Positions 8,981 to 18,243 of a stretch of DNA of 19,633 bases are shown here, one piece after another; position 1 is the first letter of the stretch; every line of letters begins with the position of its first letter. The DNA is taken from positions 1 to 19,633 of the forward strand of contig JBKHHG010000014.1 in assembly GCA_046539225.1 (NCBI GenBank), given 5' to 3'. Made by a program: the position numbers and the translations under genes. The notes under the pieces were generated by a model that was not told the origin of the DNA, ran no database searches, and saw only the letters and a program-made list of their open reading frames with translations. The DNA comes from Candidatus Nanohaloarchaea archaeon (lineage in GTDB: Archaea > Nanohalarchaeota > Nanosalinia > Nanosalinales > Nanosalinaceae).

Positions 8981-9631
8981 CTTTTTCCAGTGTTCAAGGC
9001 CCCAGTGTTCTCTGTAGACCGATGCGGAAGCCGTTGTGCCGAGTATGCCCGCAACTATAAACCCTGTCATTTCAAGCGAGGCGTGAGGAAGATAGGCCAG
9101 AGGTGAAGAAGTTGATACAACGGCTTCAAGGCCTGAAAGATCCCTTACAAGATGTGCGAAGAATACGCCGAGCACTGAGGCGTTCCAGACAAGTATAAAC
9201 GCTCCAGCCGATCCAAGAATGAAAGAAGCGAGCAGTATGCCTGTAAAGACCGTAAAGTTGTTGACAAGAACTGAAAGGAACGAGGCCTCTGCTGTGGCGT
9301 AGCCAGATACTCCAAGGAGCTCAAGCTGTATACCAAAGCTTTCAGGAGTAAAAAATGATATTGCGAAAAATGCGGAAGTTATACCAATGAAGAGAGATGC
9401 ATAGACAGAAGTCTCAGTGAAGAACTCTGGATGGCTTTCCTCCTCAAGATAGTATGTCATCAACGGATAAATTAACGGTATTGAGGCGAATACAGGTGCA
9501 AGAACTGCTTTCTGGGATGGAAACAGGGCCTGTGCAAATAAAAATCCTGCTACTGCTGAAAGGCCTCCAGCGATGACCAGGCGGGTGTATTCGTGCTGCT
9601 CCTCCTCCTCGAGAATCATCTCCGGAAGCAT
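8915..9631 (-). CDS. SpoIIM/DUF95-family integral membrane protein
   Basis: Multiple TM segments with NN, G-G.FILVWNASVLG and LPHASLEMTGF motifs. Its 3' end overlaps the convergent ATPase gene by 66 bp. Confidence 0.8.
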   Translation of the reverse strand: MLPEMILEEEEQHEYTRLVIAGGLSAVAGFLFAQALFPSQKAVLAPVFASIPLIYPLMTYYLEEESHPEFFTETSVYASLFIGITSAFFAISFFTPESFGIQLELLGVSGYATAEASFLSVLVNNFTVFTGILLASFILGSAGAFILVWNASVLGVFFAHLVRDLSGLEAVVSTSSPLAYLPHASLEMTGFIVAGILGTTASASVYREHWGLEHWKKLLKLLGVGIVAIIAGAFIETV

Positions 9632-9671
9632 AAAGTGATGTTCTCGAGGCCTGAATATTAAACTTCAGGTT

Positions 9672-10751
9672 TCACTTCTGAGCCAGAAACTGCTCAACTT
9701 TCTCCGAGGCCTCGTCCCTTCTCTCCTTATGCTCTAACAAAAATTCCTCGATTCTATCCTTTGCGATCTGCTTCAGCTCTCCTGAAAGCATTTCTCCGCT
9801 CGAGTACTCTTCCCTGATCCTCTGAAGCTCGCTGTCGTCGTCAATTAGATGGAAAGTAAGGAGTTCAAAGACCATGTCATCTTCTATATCAGCGCCTTTT
9901 TCTCTGTGCTCTTCCAGCGAGTCCTGGCCGCCGGTCTTTGCCTGGTCAATCTTTTTCTTGGCGTCTTCGACCGAGTCAGTCAACGCGATGTAGCTTTTCG
10001 GATCAGAGGAGCTCATTTTGCCTCCTTGAAGGCCTCGCATGAACTTGTTGTAAGTGCTGGAGGGCTTGTAGAAGTCAGCGTCTCTATACTTTCTCGCGAC
10101 TTCACGCGTCAACCTGATATGAGGATCCTGGTCGACGCCGACAGGCACCACCGTATGCTTGGGCGAATCAAACTGAGGCCTCAAAATATCGGTGTACTGA
10201 GTTAAAGCAGAAGTAATCTTTCCTGGCGCTGCGCTGCCGTAAGTCGACTCCACCTCGTTCTGCGTCAAATGCCTAGCAAACTGCTTGCTCTTCAAATGGT
10301 AGTCGTTGCCGCCCTCACTCTGGAAATAGAAATCGACTTTATCCAGTTCAAGGCCTAACGCAACATAATTCTTCAGGTACTCTTCGATCACGAGCTCACG
10401 GGACTTTTCCAGAGACATATCCCGGGTGTTATAGGCCTCGATATCCGCAGCTGTAATCGTGATCTCTGCTCCCATCTCCTGATACATCAAGATCTGATCG
10501 ACTACAGTTTTATGGCCGAAATGGAAGATCCCGGAAGGCATGATCCCGGTCATCATCGCGAAATCCTCTCCATCCTCTTTCGCATCCAGAAAGTCGTCAA
10601 GGCCTCTATGACCGAAGATTATACCTCTCCTGACCAACTTGTTGTCGGGCAGCCGGTCCTCTACCTCTTCTATCGGGTCTATCCCGAACCTCTGCATTTT
10701 CTCCCTGTAGTCTCCTATCTCGACGTCGCCCCATGGATCGATTTCTGGCAT
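9672..10751 (-). CDS. trpS: Tryptophan--tRNA ligase
   Basis: IDPW, RRGIIFGHR, TGIMPSG.FHFGH (HIGH), VPVGVDQDPH and KMSSS motifs. Confidence 0.97.
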   Translation of the reverse strand: MPEIDPWGDVEIGDYREKMQRFGIDPIEEVEDRLPDNKLVRRGIIFGHRGLDDFLDAKEDGEDFAMMTGIMPSGIFHFGHKTVVDQILMYQEMGAEITITAADIEAYNTRDMSLEKSRELVIEEYLKNYVALGLELDKVDFYFQSEGGNDYHLKSKQFARHLTQNEVESTYGSAAPGKITSALTQYTDILRPQFDSPKHTVVPVGVDQDPHIRLTREVARKYRDADFYKPSSTYNKFMRGLQGGKMSSSDPKSYIALTDSVEDAKKKIDQAKTGGQDSLEEHREKGADIEDDMVFELLTFHLIDDDSELQRIREEYSSGEMLSGELKQIAKDRIEEFLLEHKERRDEASEKVEQFLAQK

Positions 10752-10796
10752 TTTTGTCGTCCTCTAAATTTAATCTTGCAGCAAATTTTGAAATAA

Positions 10797-11552
10797 CTAC
10801 TCGACTCTCTCGGCTTTATGACCCAGCACTCCTTCATAACCGTTTGTCGACATCAGGACAGGGTAGAAACTTTCTTCCGCCACAAGTTCTTCGCCCTTCC
10901 TCCGGGCGTAGACCTGGCCTTTCTCCACCTGTGAAAAATTCTCAGCTAAAAACTCGTAGTCGCCCTCGACTTTCTCTTTCTGGACGAATTTTTCAGGATC
11001 CACGGCCTCAAACTCTTCTTCTATAACTCCAAAGTAGGCCAGAAAGTTTTTGATAACTTTTACAGCGTTTTCAATCGCCTGATCGCTTTGCTGGAGGCCT
11101 GTCTCCACGACTATACCTGTGACGAAGTCTGTCAGTGTTTCGGAGCCTTCCTCGAACTTTACGGCGTACTCTGCGCCCGAGGCCTCTATCATTTCCATCT
11201 CTGGGTATTCAAAGCTTTTTGTACCTGCGAAAGGCCTGTCGAATGAGCGAGTAGTGTGAAGGTCGAGAACCTTTGAGTCTCCGACTTCTTCAAGTATATC
11301 AGCCGCAAGCCGTTCTTCATGAGAATCGCTGCCTCTGTCTCCGGGGAAGCTCCTGTTCAGATCGGTGTCTAAAAACCTCTGATCTTTTTCAAGGGCTTCT
11401 TCGTTCGCTACTATAAATTTTACAGGTTTCTTGAAGTTGAGGCCTTCTTTCAGGATTTTTTCGATCGCCTTTTTTCCTGCGGGTTCGTCTCCGTGGATTG
11501 ATCCTATTACGGTGAACTCGGGTTCTCCTTTTCCTCGCTTTTCTGTTTTCAT
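10797..11552 (-). CDS. Succinylglutamate desuccinylase/aspartoacylase (M14-like) family hydrolase
   Basis: IHGDEPAG, RF..TDLNRSFPG and VLDLHT zinc-carboxypeptidase-type motifs. ATG at 11552. Confidence 0.9.
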   Translation of the reverse strand: MKTEKRGKGEPEFTVIGSIHGDEPAGKKAIEKILKEGLNFKKPVKFIVANEEALEKDQRFLDTDLNRSFPGDRGSDSHEERLAADILEEVGDSKVLDLHTTRSFDRPFAGTKSFEYPEMEMIEASGAEYAVKFEEGSETLTDFVTGIVVETGLQQSDQAIENAVKVIKNFLAYFGVIEEEFEAVDPEKFVQKEKVEGDYEFLAENFSQVEKGQVYARRKGEELVAEESFYPVLMSTNGYEGVLGHKAERVE

Positions 11553-11576
11553 AGGCCTCAACTCGCTGTAAAGGGT

Positions 11577-12722
11577 TTAAATGTCAAGGGCTTCTGCCGC
11601 AGGTAGTTCTCCGCCGGAGACTGTTCTTACGAAGGCCCCTCCCGCAATCGATACGTGGTCGAAGTCGTCCATCGAGAAACCGAACTCTTTGACCAGCGAC
11701 GATGTGTGGCCTCCACCCATGACGGTGAATCCTCCACATTTTTTCAAGGCTTCCAAGATATTTTGCGTGCCTTCAGGATAGTCTTCGAAAGCTCCCATAG
11801 GGCCTTTCATAAGCGCGGCTTCCGCCTTTTCTATGATTTCAGCGTATCTTTCCGCGGTCTTTTCACCGATGTCCCAGGTCATACCTTCAACTTTTTCCAC
11901 CCTGGTGTTCCCGGAACCGGTTTTCAGGTCTTCAGGCAGCTCAAATTTTTCCCGGTGCTTCTCTATAAGCTCGGCGAACTCATCCTGTCTCTCGTCAAGG
12001 CCTCTCTCCTCGATCCAGTCCTGTTTTTCCCCGAGGTCGTGGCCCTGGGAGATCAGTGCGACTTCGCCTGGGACTCCCCCGAGCAGGACTTTGTCGACAG
12101 AGTCGATCAAGGCCTCTACAATACCTATCAGGTCCGAGGGCTTCTCTCCTCCGAGCACTAAAACACCTGAGTCGAACTCTTCTCCTATTTTTCGGCAGTT
12201 CTTTAGTTCTTCTTTCATCACGGGTCCAGGCCTTGATTCAAGCAGCTGTGGGATGCCTACGATCGAGCCTTGCGATCGGTGGGCGACTGAGAAACCGTCG
12301 TTGATGTAGAGGTCGAAGCCGCGGGAAACCTTTGCCAGGTAGAAGTCGTCGGCGTGTTTATCTCCAGGCATGTTTTTCAGTTCTTCTGACATCATCCTGA
12401 CGTTCTCCAGCAACGCCACATCTCCCTCGCTCATTTCTTCGACGGTTCTCTGGAGCTCTCCGCTTAGAATCGACTCCACGAAATGAACTTCTGTGTCAAG
12501 TTCCTGCCTCAAAAGCTCAGCATGTTTCTCCAGCGATGTAAAGTCGTCTCTTCCAGGCCTTCCCTGGTGGGCGAGCACAGCAGTCTTTGCGCCTTGCTCC
12601 GACAGCTTTCTCACCGTTTCAATATACTTCTCGAATCTTAAGGTTTTCTGGGGCTCGCCGCCTTTCAACGGGAGATTGAGGTCCGTCCTGAGGAGCACCT
12701 TGCTGCCCTGCATATTTTCCAT
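11577..12722 (-). CDS. pgk: Phosphoglycerate kinase
   Basis: VLLRTDLNLP, AHQGRP, LLENVR, NDGFSVAHR, GPMGAFE, GGGHT and HVSIAGGA motifs. Confidence 0.95.
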   Translation of the reverse strand: MENMQGSKVLLRTDLNLPLKGGEPQKTLRFEKYIETVRKLSEQGAKTAVLAHQGRPGRDDFTSLEKHAELLRQELDTEVHFVESILSGELQRTVEEMSEGDVALLENVRMMSEELKNMPGDKHADDFYLAKVSRGFDLYINDGFSVAHRSQGSIVGIPQLLESRPGPVMKEELKNCRKIGEEFDSGVLVLGGEKPSDLIGIVEALIDSVDKVLLGGVPGEVALISQGHDLGEKQDWIEERGLDERQDEFAELIEKHREKFELPEDLKTGSGNTRVEKVEGMTWDIGEKTAERYAEIIEKAEAALMKGPMGAFEDYPEGTQNILEALKKCGGFTVMGGGHTSSLVKEFGFSMDDFDHVSIAGGAFVRTVSGGELPAAEALDI

Positions 12723-12796
12723 ACATTAGAGTTGGATCCGGCTTTAGAAAAAGGCTTTGGCCTGTTATAAAAATCTCAAGGCCTCTAATTGTGTTT

Positions 12797-14521
12797 ATGG
12801 CGGAACTTGGAGATAAGGTGTCAGAGCTTGCGAAGAGACGCGGATTCTTTTTCCAGTCCAGCGAGGCCTACGGCGGAGTCGCAGGGTTTCAAAGCTTTGG
12901 ACCGGAAGGCGCGGAACTCAAGAGAAAAGTAGAGGACAGCTGGAGGAAACGTTTTTCCACAAAGCTTGGGCACCGGGAGATTGATGCTCCTACAGTCATG
13001 CCGGAACCGGTATTCGAGGCCTCAGGCCATTTAGACGGCTTCGATGACATGATAGTCAAATGCCCTGAATGCAGTGCCTCGATCCGGGCCGACCACCTGG
13101 TCGAAAACAATACTGATATCGACGAGGCGGAAGGCCTTTCAACCGATCAGATAGAGGTTCTGATCGAGGATCACGATCTCTTCTGCACAAGCTGCGGCCA
13201 CGAACTTACGGGCGAACCAGTAGAGGAGTTCAACCTGATGTTTGAGACAGGTATAGGGCCTGGAAACGGGGAAAAAGGATACTTGAGGCCTGAGACCGCG
13301 CAGGGAATATTCGTCGAGTTCCCGCGTTTAAAGGAGTACGCCCGCCAGCTCCCGTTCGGAATCACACAGATCGGCAAGGCCTACAGAAACGAGATCTCGC
13401 CGAGGAAAGGCCTTGTAAGAACCCGAGAATTCACTCAGGCAGAGCTCGAGCACTTTATCGACCCTGAAAACGATGATCCAGATCTTTCAAGTGTTAAAGA
13501 CGTGGAGCTGAAGCTTTACCCTGCTGAAAACCAGAGGGAAAACTCGGGATACGTTTACATGACTGTTGAAGAGGCTGTAGAGCAAGAAGCGGTTCAGGAA
13601 TGGGTTGCATACTATCTTGGCGTTGCGAAGAAGTGGTACGTGGAGATAGGCCTTGATATGGACCGTTTCAGGTTCAGGCAGCACCAGAAAGGCGAGAGAG
13701 CGCATTACGCCGAGGACTGCTGGGATGCCGAGGCCGATATCGGAAGCGAAGAGAATGAATGGCTTGAAATCGCGGGATTCGCGTACAGAGGCGACTACGA
13801 TCTTTCAAAGCACAGCAAGCACTCGGGAGACGGGAAAGACTTCCAGGTCTTCAGGGAGTACGACGAGCCTAGAGTAAGGGAGGTCAAGGAGCTGAACCCG
13901 GATATGGGCTACTTCGGGCCTGAGTTCGGAGAACAATCGGAGAAAGTAGTTGAAAAACTTGAAGAGCTTGTAAAGGATGATCCAGATGCTTTTGAGGACG
14001 ACGAGGTGATGATCGAGCTCGATGGAGAGAACTTTATGATCCCAGCGGAGAAAGCCGGCTTCGAGACAAAAGAGGTCAAGGAATCCGGCGAACATTTCAC
14101 GCCTCACGTGGTGGAACCCTCCTTCGGAGTCGACAGAACAGTATACGCACTGATACTCCACGCATTCGAGGAGGACCGAGTGGACGAAGAGGAGAGAACC
14201 GTCCTGAAGTTCAAGGAGTCTGTGGCCCCAACACAGGTTGCTGTATTCCCGTTAATGAATAAGGAAGGCCTCGGCGAGAAAGCCCGGGAAGTTGCCGAGA
14301 TGTTGAGAGAGGAAGGTTTATCCGTTAAGTACGATGACACGGGCAACATCGGAAAACGTTACCGGCGTCAGGACGAGGTCGGCACGCCTTACTGCGTCAC
14401 AGTCGACTACGAAACTTTGGAGGAAGAGCCTGAAACTGTCACGGTAAGGGATCGTGACTCGACCGAGCAGGAAAGAGTAAAAATAGAAAAACTGGGAGAT
14501 GAAATCTCCTCCCGGCTTTAA
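12797..14521 (+). CDS. glyS: Glycine--tRNA ligase (homodimeric, archaeal/eukaryotic type)
   Basis: KRRGFF, ASGHLDGF, LRPETAQGIF, RNEISPR, REFTQAE, EPSFGVDR and IGKRYRRQDEVGTP motifs. Confidence 0.97.
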   Translation: MAELGDKVSELAKRRGFFFQSSEAYGGVAGFQSFGPEGAELKRKVEDSWRKRFSTKLGHREIDAPTVMPEPVFEASGHLDGFDDMIVKCPECSASIRADHLVENNTDIDEAEGLSTDQIEVLIEDHDLFCTSCGHELTGEPVEEFNLMFETGIGPGNGEKGYLRPETAQGIFVEFPRLKEYARQLPFGITQIGKAYRNEISPRKGLVRTREFTQAELEHFIDPENDDPDLSSVKDVELKLYPAENQRENSGYVYMTVEEAVEQEAVQEWVAYYLGVAKKWYVEIGLDMDRFRFRQHQKGERAHYAEDCWDAEADIGSEENEWLEIAGFAYRGDYDLSKHSKHSGDGKDFQVFREYDEPRVREVKELNPDMGYFGPEFGEQSEKVVEKLEELVKDDPDAFEDDEVMIELDGENFMIPAEKAGFETKEVKESGEHFTPHVVEPSFGVDRTVYALILHAFEEDRVDEEERTVLKFKESVAPTQVAVFPLMNKEGLGEKAREVAEMLREEGLSVKYDDTGNIGKRYRRQDEVGTPYCVTVDYETLEEEPETVTVRDRDSTEQERVKIEKLGDEISSRL

Positions 14522-14534
14522 ACTTTTCAAGTCT

Positions 14535-14939
14535 TCAGATAAGGCCTAAAGTTGTGCCCAGTCCATAGACTGTCCAATCAGCGCCGACAAGCATCAGCAA
14601 AGCCCCCAGCAAAGCAGTGTTTTTGAGGAAATGTGTCATCTGATCCTGTCTTCCTTCCTCAAGATTCCAGAAGTCGTGCATCGTTACGTTTACTGCTATC
14701 AAGAACGCTGCAAGGCCTATAATCCCTATAACCGGGTAGAAACCCGCGATGATTGTGAGGCCTCCTGCTATCAGGAGTAGACCGCTGAGATAGACCAGTG
14801 CCTGGGGCTGTGGAAGGCCTTTGCTTTCGACCCAGCCGGACATTTCACGGCTCTGCATAAAGTGGTTTAGGCCTGAGAACGCGAAGTATCCGCCGAGAAG
14901 TATCTTCCCGACCAGAAAGGCTGACTGTTCTATATTCAT
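14535..14939 (-). CDS. DoxX-family membrane protein
   Basis: Four TM segments with G.ILLGGYF.FSGLNHF and HDFW...HFLKN.ALLGA motifs. Confidence 0.88.
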   Translation of the reverse strand: MNIEQSAFLVGKILLGGYFAFSGLNHFMQSREMSGWVESKGLPQPQALVYLSGLLLIAGGLTIIAGFYPVIGIIGLAAFLIAVNVTMHDFWNLEEGRQDQMTHFLKNTALLGALLMLVGADWTVYGLGTTLGLI

Positions 14940-15014
14940 AGCAGTTAAAGTATAGGCCTCGACTTTTCTAACTGTTTCGGGTAGGTTGATAAAAGAAGCT
15001 CCGAAAGCTTGTGC

Positions 15015-15920
15015 ATGGTTGAGTGCTCCGAATGCGGAAAGGAATCAATGAGCTTCACCTGTCGCTACTGCGGCGAAAAGTTCTGCCCAGAGCACCGTTT
15101 ACCGGAAAACCACGACTGCCAAGGCCTCAACGAATCCGATACAGGAGAGGAATGGTTCGAGGAAAAAAACGATGAAAAAGACCAGGCCTCAAAAACCTCA
15201 GGCCCTCAAAAGCCCGCAAAATACAAAAAAAGAAAACAAGGTTTGGGAAAAGACATACTGAAAACGCTTAAATCCAACTATACGCTCGCCATAATAGGTT
15301 TAACAACTTTAAGCTTTATACTACAGTATCTAATACCTCAAAACCTTTTCTTCGACCTGCTTGTTTTGAATCCTGAAGTCTCGGAGCTCCTGCTTAAACC
15401 CTGGAGCCTCCTGACAGTTATGCTGTTACACGCGGCACCTTTCCACATATTTGCGAATATGGTGACCTTCTACTTCTTCGGAACGCCGCTGGAACGGCTG
15501 ATAGGCGGAAAAAAGATGCTAAAACTTTACATTGCATCAGGCCTTATCGCAAGCCTCGCCTACGTCGGATTCTACCATTTACTCATCTTGCTTCACGGCA
15601 CTCCCCAGACAGCAGGCCTCGCAGTAGGAGCATCAGGCGCAGTAGTCGCAATCGTTGGAGCAGTATCCAGGCTTTATCCAGATGCAGAAGTACTGCTCTA
15701 CTTCGTAGTCCCTATGAAGATAAAGACCGCGGTATACGCCTTCGGAGGCCTTGAAGTCTTTAATCTTTCAATGAAGCTGATAGGCGTCCAGCTACCGTTG
15801 ATAGGCATGATGGCGTCCTCCGCGCATCTTGCCGGTCTTCTTGTAGGCCTCTACTACGGTGAAAAACTCGCCGACAAATACAGGAGGAAGACCAGTGTCT
15901 TCAACCCGCTCGGCGTTTAG
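15015..15920 (+). CDS. Rhomboid intramembrane serine protease with N-terminal AN1-type zinc finger
   Basis: CSECG...FTCRYCGEKFCPEHRLPENHDC (AN1 finger); HIFANM, GASGA (catalytic Ser) and AHLAG (catalytic His). Confidence 0.93.
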   Translation: MVECSECGKESMSFTCRYCGEKFCPEHRLPENHDCQGLNESDTGEEWFEEKNDEKDQASKTSGPQKPAKYKKRKQGLGKDILKTLKSNYTLAIIGLTTLSFILQYLIPQNLFFDLLVLNPEVSELLLKPWSLLTVMLLHAAPFHIFANMVTFYFFGTPLERLIGGKKMLKLYIASGLIASLAYVGFYHLLILLHGTPQTAGLAVGASGAVVAIVGAVSRLYPDAEVLLYFVVPMKIKTAVYAFGGLEVFNLSMKLIGVQLPLIGMMASSAHLAGLLVGLYYGEKLADKYRRKTSVFNPLGV

Positions 15921-15962
15921 AGAAGCAAAAAGTTTTTCAGGCATTATCCATCAATAAGTCCT

Positions 15963-16385
15963 GTGCAAATAACCGGATACAATCCTCATATAGAAAGAAG
16001 CTTTGATTACGGGGTCGTAGGAGGCCTCAACACCTATACTCTTCCAGTGGACAAAGCAATCGACAAAAATGAAGTTGAAGTACTGGATGAGCTTGGAAGA
16101 GAGTTTGATCAAAAGCTGCTGTACGTTCACCCCGGCCAGCTTCCTATAGATAGAGGAACCCAGTTACCGGCTTTTTACAGTGGAGAAGGCAGGGATAAAC
16201 ATCGTTCAAGGAAGGTTGACGACAGTGCGGCTCTTTTAGTTGAAGAAGAGTTTCCTGCAAACTTTGTTAAAGGCCTTGACTTTTCAGATATAAATTCTGT
16301 GCTTATAGGCGATAGTATGGATAAAATGCTTGAAGGAGAAAGAGTTATGCTCCAGGTCTATCCCTCTTATGTCTCTACTAACTAA
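15963..16385 (+). CDS. Hypothetical protein (140 aa, GTG start)
   Basis: Acidic ORF filling the gap between the rhomboid gene and endA. No motif recognised. Confidence 0.6.
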   Translation: MQITGYNPHIERSFDYGVVGGLNTYTLPVDKAIDKNEVEVLDELGREFDQKLLYVHPGQLPIDRGTQLPAFYSGEGRDKHRSRKVDDSAALLVEEEFPANFVKGLDFSDINSVLIGDSMDKMLEGERVMLQVYPSYVSTN

Positions 16386-16897
16386 GGGGTTTTCCTGTCG
16401 ACACGGTAATATGTCACGTCTTCCTCTGAGTCAACCACAGCCCACATCATATCCGCCCTGATGTTGTTAGCGAGCCTGACGGCTCTGCTCAACTCCTGAA
16501 AGCTCATATCCTCGTTCTCCCTTACCGCGTGGACTACAAACTTTGTATGTTCTTTACGGCCTTTATCCTCTTTATATGGATTGACTCCGCGGGAGTAAAC
16601 CCTGAAATGGGCTCCAAACTTGAAACCAGTCTTTATTATAAGGCCTCTCTCCCTTAAATCGCTGTAGGCCGCGTATTTTTGCCTGAAGTCGGAGTCATGC
16701 TCCGAGTAAAAGTCGTAGGCCTCCTCAAAGCTTTTCTGCTCGATTATACCTCTCTCTATCATATGGGTTACTTCTGAAGGCGCTAAAACCAGTTTTCCAT
16801 CTTTTATTTTACCGTAGTAGGCCTCTGAATGCAGTTCCTCGAGTTCTTCTTCCCCTGCTCTAATATAGGCCGCGGACTTATTCAGTTGAAGTTCCAT
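16382..16897 (-). CDS. endA: tRNA-intron endonuclease (splicing endonuclease), short alpha-type subunit
   Basis: Y.DLRERG..IKTGFKFGAHFRVY...EH..FVV...RLA...AVVDSEEDVTYY matches the EndA catalytic fold. Confidence 0.92.
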   Translation of the reverse strand: MELQLNKSAAYIRAGEEELEELHSEAYYGKIKDGKLVLAPSEVTHMIERGIIEQKSFEEAYDFYSEHDSDFRQKYAAYSDLRERGLIIKTGFKFGAHFRVYSRGVNPYKEDKGRKEHTKFVVHAVRENEDMSFQELSRAVRLANNIRADMMWAVVDSEEDVTYYRVDRKTP

Positions 16898-16902
16898 AAG
16901 AT

Positions 16903-17562
16903 TCAGTACTCCTCAAAGCTTTTCTGTCTGTTTTTATCGACGATTTTCTCCGCGGTGCTCCACGACATCCTTGTCTCCTCAGGCAGCTCTCCCTTCTCTT
17001 CCATAAACTTCTCCAGAAACTCTATGGTAGGCCTGTCATGCGGGTACCCCGATCCAAAGTCGTAGCCGTACTTCTGCTGAAGCTTTTCAACATGTTTTTC
17101 ACGCGCCGACTTCGCGACGATGGAAGCAGCGGAGACCTCAGGATATTCATCATCAGCACCATGCTCGGCCACAAACTCTTTATCCCGGAACTTTTCCGGT
17201 AGCTCAGACTTCATCTTTTTGATGAATCGATCGCCGTCCGGCTCCGGGAGATCAACAGTGAAACGGTCCGCATCCGAATCCTTCAAAACCTCTACAAAGG
17301 CCTGGAGCTCGATCTCGTTCAAAGTCATTACCTCTCTCATCTCATCGATCTGCGAGGCCTCAATCTCCTTCAAAGTAAAATCTCCGATACTATCGAGCTG
17401 TTCTCTGATCTCCTCCCTCTTTTTATTTGAAAGCTTCTTCGAATCCTTGACTCCGATCTCTTCAAGCTCGTTAATTCTATCTCCATCTATCTCAAAAGAA
17501 GCGACAAACATCGATCCGATTACAGGGCCTCGACCCGCTTCATCAACTCCCAGAATCCTCAT
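16903..17562 (-). CDS. rnhB: Ribonuclease HII
   Basis: MRILGVDEAGRGPVIG, GVKDSKKL, VSAASIVAK and GSGYP motifs. Start moved to ATG 17562. Confidence 0.97.
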   Translation of the reverse strand: MRILGVDEAGRGPVIGSMFVASFEIDGDRINELEEIGVKDSKKLSNKKREEIREQLDSIGDFTLKEIEASQIDEMREVMTLNEIELQAFVEVLKDSDADRFTVDLPEPDGDRFIKKMKSELPEKFRDKEFVAEHGADDEYPEVSAASIVAKSAREKHVEKLQQKYGYDFGSGYPHDRPTIEFLEKFMEEKGELPEETRMSWSTAEKIVDKNRQKSFEEY

Positions 17563-17614
17563 AGACAAACTTCGGAAAGAAAACCTATTAATGTTGGATG
17601 CCAAGGCCTTCTCG

Positions 17615-17622
17615 TTTAAAAG
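17615..17622 (+). promoter_or_regulatory. Putative TATA box of initiator tRNA-Met
   Basis: TTTAAAAG 25-32 nt upstream of the tRNA 5' end. Confidence 0.5.
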
Positions 17623-17646
17623 AATTTCTTCCCCCAAACTTTACAG

Positions 17647-17721
17647 AGCGGGGTGGAGCAGCCAGGAGTGCTCGTCGGGCTCATAACCCGGAGGTCCGTG
17701 GTTCAAATCCACGCCCCGCTA
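17647..17721 (+). tRNA. Initiator tRNA-Met(CAT)
   Basis: AGCGGGG...CCCCGCT-A with A1:U72 pair, GGG/CCC in the anticodon stem around CT CAT AA, and T loop GTTCAAATC. No intron. Confidence 0.96.
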
Positions 17722-17752
17722 ACGCCTTCAATCACGAGGTGCGGCACACGAC

Positions 17753-17773
17753 AAGCCATGCAAGGCATGGCTT
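17753..17773. repeat. Perfect 9-bp inverted repeat downstream of tRNA-iMet (possible terminator or processing hairpin)
   Basis: AAGCCATGC-AAG-GCATGGCTT. Confidence 0.55.
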
Positions 17774-17841
17774 TGAATTCTTGGAGAGAAAATTTTGAGT
17801 ATCCAGAACTTTAATCTGATAGGCCTTCAAAAACTATCTTT

Positions 17842-18243
17842 ATGATCGGATTGACTCAGGCCTTGTTTGCTTTTTCGGTTTCAAAGCTTCTTGATCTGGA
17901 TGAACGATTCGCTGTTCTTGGAGCTTTGGTTCCAGGCCTTTCAATTGTTTTGATTTATGCCGGTCCGATCCAGTACGAGGGAGTCCTGTTATCCTTCACT
18001 TCTGCAGTGTTCTTTTCTTTGATAGTTCTGAGCATTACGGACCGAGAAAAGTCAAAGTCAACTTTTACCGGTTATAGTTGTTCATTGTTGCTGGAATCGC
18101 TGACCTTTTCTTATCTCCCTGTTTTCTATCCTTTCGGAGGTTTTCAAGGCCTCGGGTTTTTCTCAAGTTTTGATCCTCTGTTCAATGGACTGGTATTATC
18201 GGTGTCGATTTTTTTGATCGTCGGGGAAAGTTTGAAAAGGTAA
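17842..18243 (+). CDS. Membrane protein resembling the YdjM/DUF457 metal-dependent hydrolase family, with metal ligands substituted
   Basis: Hydrophobic 133 aa. TQAL / LGALVPGLS / YEGVLLS / GYSCSLLLESLT..LPVFYP align by eye with THAL / GALLPDLD / HRGFTHS / GYLSHLLLDSLT..PL.YP. Confidence 0.6.
   Translation: MIGLTQALFAFSVSKLLDLDERFAVLGALVPGLSIVLIYAGPIQYEGVLLSFTSAVFFSLIVLSITDREKSKSTFTGYSCSLLLESLTFSYLPVFYPFGGFQGLGFFSSFDPLFNGLVLSVSIFLIVGESLKR

Noticed and set aside
369..17686. Numerous Ser/Phe-rich antisense ORFs in the track (e.g. 7653..8012, 11833..12309, 17120..17686)
   Set aside because: Shadow frames of Glu-rich genes on the opposite strand.
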